A stretch of 50,064 bases of DNA, the filler included, from an uncultured virus (IMG/VR IMGVR_UViG_2061766007_001805) (taxonomy: Duplodnaviria > Heunggongvirae > Uroviricota > Caudoviricetes). It is 6 parts of one record of this genome, joined end to end, with 100 filler letters (N's around TTAATTAATTAA, not from the genome) between each part and the next. Parts side by side here need not be neighbours in the genome. Positions count along the whole stretch, not along the records: positions 1 to 18,277 come from IMGVR_UViG_2061766007_001805; 5 more parts are not named here. One strand, written 5' to 3'. Position numbers and translations under genes: made by a program. Shown piece by piece: positions 1-8,531 of this stretch (positions within the stretch are counted from its first letter, which is position 1; every line of letters begins with the position of its first letter). The notes beneath the pieces are model-generated. The model worked only from the letters and a program-made list of their open reading frames with translations, made no database searches and was not told where the DNA came from.

Positions 1-249
1 AACATAAATACAGTCAACACGTTTGTCAGAAACAAATTCTTATACAAATCAATGTTGTTCGTATTTATAATCACTTTGTTGTTTTCGATGTCGATAATAT
101 TCCAATCGTTATCAAACTCTTTATATCTGATCTCATTCCAATCATTCTTTGTACAGAAAAGCGGTTCAGAGTACTTTATGTCATATGCATCGAATACATT
201 GCACACTCTTCTTATAGTGTTTCTGAACAAATTCCATTTGTTCGTTTTG
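1..249 (-). CDS. Internal fragment of the tandem LNEDFFD paralogue family (partial; may be the missing middle of the 988-1648 copy)
   Basis: The minus strand reads KTNKWNLFRNTIRRVCNVFDAYDIKYSEPLFCT...IIDIENNKV...TVFM, matching the middle of the other paralogues. It is bounded by the window start and an N gap. Confidence 0.85.
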
Positions 250-494
250 NNNNNNNNNNAGGAAAAATTCGATTTAGTTCTATAGAGGGAAAGGGAAAGA
301 GATATGAGTAGAGAAAGGGAGAAGGTGAAAGAAGTAGAGAATGTTTTTTTCTTTGCTTCTTTCTTTTTTTTTATTGAAATTTTTTTGAATTTTTTTTTCT
401 TTTTGCTTCTTTTTCTTTGCTTCTTTCTTTTTATGAAAAAGTTCTTTATTTCGTGAAGATGAGAAATCTGCAGATGATGTTGGAAGTCCACCAG

Positions 495-552
495 AGTATC
501 TCTTCAGTATCTGTTTGGTATCTGATTAGTATCTGATGAGAATGATGTTGGA
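495..552. repeat. 11-bp periodic repeat block (AGTATCTxxTx), copy 1 of about 4
   Basis: agtatctcttc/agtatctgttt/ggtatctgatt/agtatctgatg followed by agaatgatgtt. Related blocks lie at about 1766-1822, 3190-3248 and 6912-6950. Confidence 0.8.
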
Positions 553-643
553 GTGCCGGACTGGGAGACATGTACGAAAACGGCAGTTTATTGCGGACTG
601 TCAAGCAACACTACATTGTTCTATAATAAAACAAGTGTCTATT

Positions 644-683
644 AAAAAACAAAGAGCACTATCCTCACGGACCGTACTCTTTT
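644..683 (-). terminator. Probable intrinsic terminator
   Basis: The minus strand reads aaagagtacggtccGTGAggatagtgctcttt, a hairpin followed by GTTTTTT. Confidence 0.5.
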
Positions 684-811
684 AAGATATTAGTTTTAAA
701 AATTCACTACACATATTATACTGTTGTTTTCCGAAAAAGTTCTTTATTGCTATGGCAATCTTAGGTGACATAATACCATAATGACCGTTCACCCTAACTG
801 CGTACCAGGTA

Positions 812-975
812 TGAAAAATGCAGTTTATCACGGAAATTCATCAGGATCCTTTGTAAACATTGCTGATGACAGGAAATTCTTCAGAACTGTACGGAACTCT
901 TCAGAACTTATTCAGAATCCGGCAATCTTCCGTAACTATGTTTCAGGTTAAAAACCAGCAGTCTATTGCGGACTA
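812..975. repeat. About 165-bp non-coding block duplicated at about 3001-3175, with internal 10-11-bp cagaact/ggaact repeats
   Basis: cagttta..acggaaattcatcaggatc...cttcagaactgta.ggaactcttcagaacttattcagaatccgg...cttccgtaactatgtttcaggttaaa is present at both positions. Confidence 0.85.
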
Positions 976-987
976 TTAATCAAGTGG

Positions 988-1648
988 TTAATGATTCTTT
1001 ATGAAATCAAGTAATTCTCTTTCAGCTTCCGCTTTTTCAAATTCCTGTCTGTATTTATATTGTGGAGACAGTAAATATAATATGTTGTCTTTGATGAACC
1101 ACATTGTGGGTTTTATGATAGCCTTTATGTATTCATCATTCATATACATCTTCAGATTCTCATCGTTTATGTAATCCTATTCTTGATTGTCATATACAAA
1201 AACAACATCATGTTTGTATATCATATTCTATAAACTGTTTGCTATTCTATAAAGAAATCTGTATGCTCCCTTTGCTGAATTGAATACAGGCAAATCAATG
1301 NNNNNNNNNNNNNNNNNNNNNNNNNNNNNNNNNNNNNNNNNNNNNNNNNNNNNNNNNNNNNNNNNNNNNNNNNNNNNNNNNNNNNNNNNNNNNNNNNNNN
1401 NNNNNNNNNNNNNNNNNNNNNNNNNNNNNNNNNTTATTCTTTTTATTTTTGTCAAAGCAATTCCAAGTATGTGTGCTCTCATCAAATGGAGTTGAGAATT
1501 TAAAACACAAACACTATTTGTATGACGAGAACATATCCGTTAACAATGATTTTATATCTTTGCTGTTATATGGTTCCTATTCGCTATCGTTCTTCAGATT
1601 GTCATCTGTAATGTCTATATTATCGAAATAGTCTTCATTCAAGAACAT
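988..1648 (-). CDS. LNEDFFD-family paralogue (TAG read as Gln; internal N gap)
   Basis: ATG at 1648 gives MFLNEDYFDNIDITDD...DMFSSYK(TAG)CLCFKFSTPFDE. After the gap it reads IDLPVFNSAKGAYRFLYRIANSL(TAG)...LLSPQYKYRQEFEKA...KNH, ending at TAA 988-990. Confidence 0.85.
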
Positions 1649-1929
1649 ATGTATAGTAGTTTAATATAGTTTCCTTATTTATTCTCTATGTATGATGTCA
1701 GGTAAGTCTAACCAGAGAGCTTATATAAAAACAGCAATATATTATGGATGTCTGAAATGTCATATAGTATCTGATTAGTATCTGTTTAGTATCTCTTCAG
1801 TGTCTGATGAGAATGATGTTTGGTAGTCCGGATAGTCCGGAGAATATTTAACAGCAGAACTGCTATAAAAACAGCAGTTTATTACGGACTGTCAATCACA
1901 TTGTTCTTAACAAAACAATTAACTTGTTA

Positions 1930-2144
1930 GTTAAATAAACTTAAATGATTGTGTGATGTTATTGTATTGTGGTTTATTATTCATACCTTTGCATCAGCAA
2001 AAGCAACAAACCTCAGTCTCTACATAATTGCTGAATAAAGTTAAGATACTGAAACTGAAACAGTTAATTAGAATGTGGAAATTTAGCAGGTAAAAGTTGC
2101 TGAAGATAATGTACTGTTATTCAATTATATAGTGATATAATGAT
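1930..2144 (+). promoter_or_regulatory. CRISPR leader 1 with a Bacteroidota sigma-A -7 element (TACCTTTG, 1984-1991)
   Basis: Closely similar to 7249-7462. TAnnTTTG is the Bacteroidota primary-sigma promoter consensus. The region is AT-rich and abuts repeat 1. Confidence 0.8.
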
Positions 2145-2977
2145 GTCTATACAGTAGCATTCATTTCTACTTATGTAGATGCTAATGGACTCAACAGAAT
2201 CGTAAAGTCTATACAGTAGCATTCATTTCTACTTATGTAGATGTTTAGAGTTTTTTAAACTTTTTTCTGAGTCTATACAGTAGCATTCATTTCTACTTAT
2301 GTAGAGTAGATATCAGAAGATACAGAACGAGTATTTCTTGTCTATACAGTGGCATTCATTTCTACTTATGTAGATACTGCTGCCGAATGTCTATGTCTGA
2401 TGAGTCTATGCAGTGTCATTCATTTCTACTTATGTAGATATACTTATCGACGAGGACAATCCAAAAGTCTATACAGTGACATTCATTTCTACTTATGTAG
2501 ATTACGAAGACATGACCACCCAAGAATGGTACTGTCTATACAGCATTATTCATTTCTACTTATGTAGATTTTAAACGCCACTATAATATACAGAAAGTCT
2601 ATACAGTGTCATTCATTTCTACTTAATGCCTACTTCCATAGGTTGTAGATACTATAGCCACGTTCATTGCGTAAGGTGTCTATACAGTGTTATTATTTCT
2701 ACTTATGTAGATGAAAGTTTTTTCTGATATGCTATGAAAAGTCTATACAGTGTCATTCATTTCTACTTATGTAGATGAAATATATAACAAATCCATTGTA
2801 TTTGTCTATACAGTATCATTCATTTCTACTTAAATACCTACTTCAGTAGGTTGTAGATGTTATACAAACTATTTGAACTATACAGTGTTATTATTTCTAC
2901 TTATGTAGATAGGTTTCTCAAAATGTTACATCTATACAACATCATTCATTTCTACTTAATGCATACTTCCGTATGTA
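2145..2977 (+). CRISPR. CRISPR array 1: type V-A (Cas12a-like) repeat, 13 repeats / 12 spacers, no adjacent cas genes
   Basis: 36-nt repeat GTCTATACAGTAGCATTCATTTCTACTTATGTAGAT starting at 2145, 2207, 2271, 2340, 2404, 2467, 2534, 2597, 2678, 2741, 2804, ~2876 and ~2930. Spacers are unique and mostly 26-31 nt (the last two are shorter). The 3' ATTTCTAC-TTAT-GTAGAT matches the Cas12a handle hairpin. The terminal repeat is degenerate. Confidence 0.95.
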
Positions 2978-3345
2978 CACTCTAATTGTGTTTCGGGTCT
3001 GAAAATACAGTTTATTACGGAAATTCATCAGGATCATTTGTGATCATTACTGATGACGGAAAATCCTTCAGAACTGTATGGAACTCTTCAGAACTTATTC
3101 AGAATCCGGTGATTGATGCCCGGTGATCTTCCGTAACTATGTTTCAGGTTAAATACCGGCAGTATATTGCGGAAGGCTGAAATGGTGTATAGTATCTGAT
3201 TGGTATCTGTTCAGTATTTGATTAGTATCTGATGAGAATGATGTTTGGCAGTCCGGATAGTCTTTAACAGTAACGCTTCTATAAAAACGGCAGTTTATTA
3301 CGGACTATCAAACAACATTACATTATTTTGTAATGAAACAAGTGG

Positions 3346-4122
3346 TTAATGATTCTTTATAAAATCCTGTAATTCTATTTCAGTCTATGCGTTATCAAAT
3401 TCATGTCTGTATTTGTATTGAGGAGACAGTAAACATAATATGTCATTTTTTAGCCACTACATTGTGGGTTTTATGATATCCTTTATGTGTGTATCATTCA
3501 AATATATATCATTGCGGGCATTGACTATATAATCCTATTCTTGATTGTCTTTGTTTAGGTGATATACTTCAACAGCATCATTATTGTATATCATATTCTA
3601 TAAACTGTTTGCCATTCTATAAAGAAATCTATATGCTCTCTTTGCTGAATTGAATACAGGCAAATCAATGAACATGAATGCATTCAACCCGTTTTCTGTC
3701 GGCAAATGCTTATACAACTCAATGTTGTCTGTATTTACAATCATTTTGTTGTTTTCGATGTCAATAATATTCCAATCTTTATCAAACTATTTAGATCTGA
3801 TGTCATACCAATCAAACTTTGTACAAAAAAACAGTTCGGAGTGCTTTAAGCCATATGCATCTAATACTCTGCACACTCTTCTTATAGTGTTTCTGAACAA
3901 ATTCCATTTGTTCGTTTTGTCAAACAGATTCCATGTTTTTTTATATTTTCTGCTATATGGAGTTTGAAATCTAAAACGCATACATTGTTTGTATGACGAG
4001 AACATATCCTTTAACAATGATTTTACATCTTTGTTGTTATCAGTATATAGTTCAGGATTACCGGATTTCAAATCATCATCCTTTATCTCTATGTCATCGA
4101 AGAAATCTTCATTCAATATCAT
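3346..4122 (-). CDS. LNEDFFD-family paralogue, 258 aa with TAG=Gln
   Basis: The ORF track stops at TAG 3787-3789, but homology continues in frame (FDKDWNIIDIENNK...IDLPVFNSAK...LLSPQYKYRHEFDNA...KNH) to TAA 3346-3348. 777 nt with no gap. Confidence 0.9.
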
Positions 4123-4250
4123 TTGTATATGGATAAAGTAGTTTCCTTATTTATTCTCTCTGTATGATGTCAGGCAAGTCTGTTATAAAAAACGGCAGTT
4201 TATTGTGGACTATCAAACAACATTACATTATTTTGTAATGAAACAAGTGG

Positions 4251-5014
4251 TTAATGATTCTTTATAAAATTCTGTAATTCTATTTCAGTCTACGCGTTAT
4301 CAAATTCATGTCTGTATTTGTATTGTGGAGACAGTAAATATGATATATCGTTTTTTATCCACCACATTGTGGGTTTTATGATAGCCTTTATGCGCGAAAC
4401 ATTCAAATATATCTTCAGATTCTCATCGTTTATGTAATCCTATTCTTGATTGTCATATACNNNNNNNNNNNNNNNNNNNNNNNNNNNNNNNNNNNNNNNN
4501 NNNNNNNNNNNNNNNNNNNNNNNNNNNNNNNNCACATGAATGCATACAATCCGTTATTCAGAACCAAATTCTTATACAAATCAATATTGTCCGCATTTAC
4601 AATCACTTTGTTGTTTTCGATGTCGATAATTTTCCAATTTTTATCAAACTCTTTATATCTGATCTCATTCCAATCAGTCATTGTACAGAAAAGCGGTTCG
4701 GAGTACTTTATGCAATATGCATCGAATACACGGCATGCTCTTCTTATCCGGTCTCTGAACAAATCCCATTTGTTTGTTTTGTCAAACAGATTCCATTTAT
4801 CCTTTTTATTTTTGTCAAACAAATTCCAAGTGTGTGTGTTCTCGTCAAATGGAGTTGAGAATTCAAAACACAAACACTGTTTGTATGATGAGAACATATC
4901 CGTTACCAATGATGTTACAACTTTGCTGTTATATAGTTTCAATTCACTATCGTTCTTCAAATCATCATCCTTTAACTCTATGTCATCGAAGAAATCTTCA
5001 TTCAGTATCATCAT
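4251..5014 (-). CDS. LNEDFFD-family paralogue (TAG=Gln; internal N gap)
   Basis: Starts MMILNEDFFDDIELKDD. After the gap the homologous frame reads YDNQE(TAG)DYINDENLKIY...LLSPQYKYRHEFDNA(TAG)TEIELQNFIKNH, ending at TAA 4251-4253. Confidence 0.85.
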
Positions 5015-5128
5015 ATATTAATAAACTTTCCTTATTTATCATTAGGATGAACATGGCAAGTCTAACCAGAGAGCTGCTATAAAAACAACAGTTTATTGCG
5101 GACTTTGTTCTGTAATAAAAACAATTAG

Positions 5129-5926
5129 TTAATGATTCTTTATCAAATCCAGTAATTCTCTTTCAGTATCCGCTTTTTCAAATTCCTGTCTGTATTTATA
5201 TTGTGGAGACAGTAAATATAATATGTCGTCTTTTATCCACCGCATCATTGGTGAATTTATGATAAAATTCATGCATACTTCGTTAAAATACATCTTCAGA
5301 TTGTCATCATTTACATATTCCTATTCTTGATTGTCTTTGTTTAGATGATATACAGCAACAGCATCACGTTTATTGTTTAATATCATATTCTATAAACTGT
5401 TTGCCGTTCTATAAAGAAATCTATATGCACTCTTTGCTGAATTGAATACAGGCAAATCAATGAACATGAATATAATCAACCCGTTTGACGTCAACGCCAA
5501 ATGCTTATAATACTTATTAATGCTGTAATTCGTTTTTATAAGCACTTTATTGTTTTCAATGTCGATAATATTCAAATTGTCACAGGAACCATGACTGATC
5601 TCATTCCAATCGTACATTGTACAGAAAAGCGGTTCAGAGTACTTTATTCCATATGCATCAAATACACGGCACACTCTTCTTATAGTGTTTCTGAACAAAT
5701 TCCATTTGTTTGTTTTGTCAAACAGATTCCAATTGTGTGTGTATGTGTTCTCATCAAATGGAGTTGAAAATTCAAAACACAAACATTGTTTGTATGATGA
5801 GAACATATCCTTTATCAATGTTGTTGTATCTTTATTGACATCGGTATATAGTCCAGTCTTACCGGATTCCAAATCATCATCCTTTAACTCTATGTCATCA
5901 AAGAAATCTTCATTCAGTATCATCAC
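5129..5926 (-). CDS. LNEDFFD-family paralogue, 265 aa with TAG=Gln
   Basis: Reading through TAG 5390-5392 continues NMILNNKRDAVAVYHLNKDNQE(TAG)EYVNDDNLKMYF...LLSPQYKYRQEFEKADTERELLDLIKNH to TAA 5129-5131. 798 nt. Confidence 0.9.
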
Positions 5927-6054
5927 ATATTAATAATCTTTCCTTATTTATTGTCAAGATGAAGACAGCAGTCTAACCAGAGAGCTGCTATAAAAACATA
6001 TGTTTATTGCGGACTGTTAAACAACATTACATTCTTCTGTAATGAAACAAGTGG

Positions 6055-6837
6055 TTAATGATTCTTTATAAAATCCTATAATTCTCTTTCAGTATTTGCT
6101 TTTTCGAATTCCTGTCTGTATTTGTATTGGGGAGACAGTAAATATAATATGTCGTCTTTTATCCACCGCAGTGTTATGGGATTTATGATAGCCTTTATGT
6201 GCGAATTGTTCAAATATATCTTCACATTGTTATTATTTAGATACTAACTTTGATTGTTTTTGTCTATGTGATATACAAAAACAGCATCATCATTACACAT
6301 ACATCGTAAACTGTTTGCCATTCTATAAAGAAATCCATATGCGCTCTTTGCTGAATTGAATACAGGCAAATCAATGAACATAGTTACATTTAACTCGTTT
6401 TCCGCCGTCAAATGCTTATACAGTTTGATGTTATCTGCATATACAATCACCTTATTGTTTTCTATGTTGATAATATCCAAATCGCCATAGAAATTTTTAC
6501 GTCTGATGTCAATCCAATCGAACATTGTACAGAAAAATGGTTCAGAGTACTTTATGTCATACACATCGAATACATTGCACACTCTTCTTATAGTATTTCT
6601 GAACAAATACCATTTGTTTGTTTTGTCAAACAGATTCCATATGTCAAAATTCTAACTGTATCTGTTCTCATCAAATGGAGTTGAGAATCTAAAACACAAA
6701 CACTGTTTGTATGATGAGAACATGTCCTTTATCAATGATTTTGCATCTTTGCTGTCATCAGTATATAGTTCTGATTTACTATTCAGATCATCATCCTTTA
6801 TCTCTATGTCATCAAAGAAATCTTCATTCAGTATCAT
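6055..6837 (-). CDS. LNEDFFD-family paralogue, 260 aa with TAG=Gln
   Basis: Track ORFs 6652-6837 and 6244-6606 are in one frame. TAGs occur at 6652, 6244 and 6076, and the gene ends ...IKNH at TAA 6055-6057. 783 nt. Confidence 0.9.
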
Positions 6838-6852
6838 CTCATATTAATAAAC

Positions 6853-6866
6853 TTTCCATATTTATC
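6853..6866 (-). promoter_or_regulatory. ATAAATA late-promoter-like element upstream of each paralogue (also 1676-1682, 4148-4154, 5033-5039, variant at 5945-5952)
   Basis: ATAAATA(A/T)GGAAA lies about 18-27 nt before each ATG and resembles the T4-type late promoter TATAAATA. Confidence 0.55.
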
Positions 6867-7248
6867 GACAAGATGAAGACTGCAGTCTATTACGGAAGAC
6901 TGAAATGTCATAGAGTATCTCTTCAGTGTCTGATGATAATGATGTCTGGCTGACCGGTTTGTTAGAGATTGTCATATGTTGTCTGGTAGTCCGCGGAAAG
7001 ATTCGGAAGGATTTGGAAACATATGGAAGAACTACGGAAACACTCTGTAAAATCCGCGGAAACATCAGGGGATGACTGCTGGCAGTCCTAAGAGTCTTTA
7101 ACAACAGAGTTGCTATAAAAACTGCAGTTTATTGCAGATGAGAAAGCCGGTTTGTCAGTTAGTCAGTTTGGTAGTCCGGCATTTCAACTGCATCTCTTGA
7201 TAGTGATTCGATGATATTGTTCTGCAATGAAATAATTGACTTTAAGGG

Positions 7249-7462
7249 TTAAATAAACTTAAAATATTGTTCAATAATATTATATTGTGTGTTTTTTATG
7301 TACCTTTGTATCAGCAAAAGCAACGAACTCCAGTCTCCACACAATTGCTTGAGTATGGTTAAGATATTAAGACTGAAAGAGTTAATTAGAATGTGGAAAA
7401 TTAGCAGGTAAAAGTTGCTGAAGATAGTGTGCTGTTATTCAATTATATAGTGATATAATGAA
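7249..7462 (+). promoter_or_regulatory. CRISPR leader 2 with a TACCTTTG -7 element (7301-7308)
   Basis: Homologous to leader 1, including ttagcaggtaaaagttgctgaaga and tgttattcaattatatagtgatataatga just before repeat 1. Confidence 0.8.
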
Positions 7463-8273
7463 GTATATACAGTCTCATTCATTTCTACTTATGTAGATTA
7501 TAATAATCACTATAATTTTTATTACAGTCAATACAGTCTCATTCATTTCTACTTATGTAGATTTCTCTGATCTGCGTAGAGAGACCAGTACGGTCTTGAC
7601 ATTATTTCTACTTAATGCTTACTTCAGTAAGTTGTAGATTTAGACATCATACGCTCTGCTTGTATGTCTGTCTCATTCATTTCTACTTAATGCCTACTTC
7701 AGTATGTTGTAGATAAGTATGACCAGCCAACTATCTCATACGGTCTATACAGTATCATAATTTCTACTTATGTAGATACGGTATCTCTGAGCAAGGAACC
7801 AAACCAGTCTATACAGTATCATTCATTTCTACTTAATGCTTACTTCAGTAGGTTGTAGATGACGTGTTGACCGTATTGGTAGCATTAATGTCTATACAGT
7901 GTCATTATTTCTACTTATGTAGATCTGGTACTTTTGTCGTTTCCTGATTTTGTCTATACAGTATCATTCATTTCTACTTAATGCCTACTTCCATAGGTTG
8001 TAGATTATGCAAAAACTCCGCAGAAGTGAGTAGTATATACAATGTCATTCATTTCTACTTATGTAGATTGTCTGCTTGTACAATTCTTATATGGTGATCT
8101 ATACAGTGTCATTCATTTCTACTTATGTAGATTTTACATAATAATTCATCAATGAACATCTGTTTATACAGTGTTATTCATTTCTACTTATGTAGATATT
8201 GGTCAGTCTTCCACGATAGGTATAAGGTCTATATAGTATCATTCATTTCTAATTAATACATACTTCCGTATGT
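7463..8273 (+). CRISPR. CRISPR array 2: type V-A (Cas12a-like) repeat, 12 repeats / 11 spacers, no adjacent cas genes
   Basis: Repeats at 7463, 7527, ~7592, 7666, 7743, 7807, 7890, 7952, 8033, 8097, 8162 and 8227 (degenerate). Spacers are about 26-30 nt, and none is shared with array 1. Confidence 0.95.
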
Positions 8274-8327
8274 CCGGCACTGTACAGTACAGGCAATGGT
8301 TGTAGTTCAACCAAGCCGAATGCATAT

Positions 8328-8380
8328 GTCCCCAGATCGTCTGCTTCTTCGGTTTTCCCGGAAGACGACAATCTGGGGAC
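8328..8380. terminator. Strong hairpin between array 2 and the convergent minus-strand operon
   Basis: Inverted repeat gtccccagat...atctggggac. Confidence 0.55.
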
Positions 8381-8411
8381 TCTCATTGTTCTCTGCTGAA
8401 TAGTCACGCAA

Positions 8412-8529
8412 TTTTATAAGGATTGTTTTCTTCTGTTACTTCGATTGATAAATCTTTGGGAATTAAATTCATTATGACAACCTTGCACTCAAATCACGCA
8501 AAAAGTAAATCTATGTCTTGTTGTGCCAT
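8412..8529 (-). pseudogene. Internally deleted remnant of the EENNPYK phage protein family
   Basis: MAQQDIDLLFA(TGA)...NLIPKDLSIEVTEENNPYK. It retains only the family's N- and C-terminal motifs. Confidence 0.6.
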
Positions 8530-8531
8530 AA

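Larger units (their letters stand above)
577..7139. repeat. Dispersed intergenic motif AAAAC(G/A)GCAGTTTATT(G/A)CGGA, about 13 copies
   Basis: Copies near 577, 814, 951, 1727, 1867, 3002, 3152, 3283, 4186, 5080, 5992, 6876 and 7116. All are intergenic and in the same orientation. Confidence 0.8.

Noticed and set aside
260..440. Purine-rich then T-rich low-complexity tract with repeated ttttctttgcttct
   Set aside because: Low complexity next to an N gap; no function can be supported.
2105..2121. Possible anti-repeat (tracrRNA-like) in the leader, gataatgtactgttat
   Set aside because: Only about 10 imperfect pairs to the variable 5' half of the repeat, weaker in leader 2, and Cas12a needs no tracrRNA.
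3346..6837. Paralogues read as nonsense-mutated pseudogenes, or as a fragmented cas12
   Set aside because: The only interruptions are TAG, two of them aligned with Gln codons. Each copy is a separate ~260-aa gene with no recognisable RuvC or Cas1/2/4 motifs.
52..6953. Plus-strand ORFs over the paralogue genes (e.g. 52-285, 3650-3967, 4446-5021, 5501-5767)
   Set aside because: Antisense shadows of the minus-strand family. They resemble each other only because the real genes are paralogous.
2181..8226. Self-targeting of spacers within the window
   Set aside because: No convincing protospacer was found by eye. Short shared words between spacers (ttttttctga, cactataat) are expected in AT-rich DNA. 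A BLASTn is still needed.
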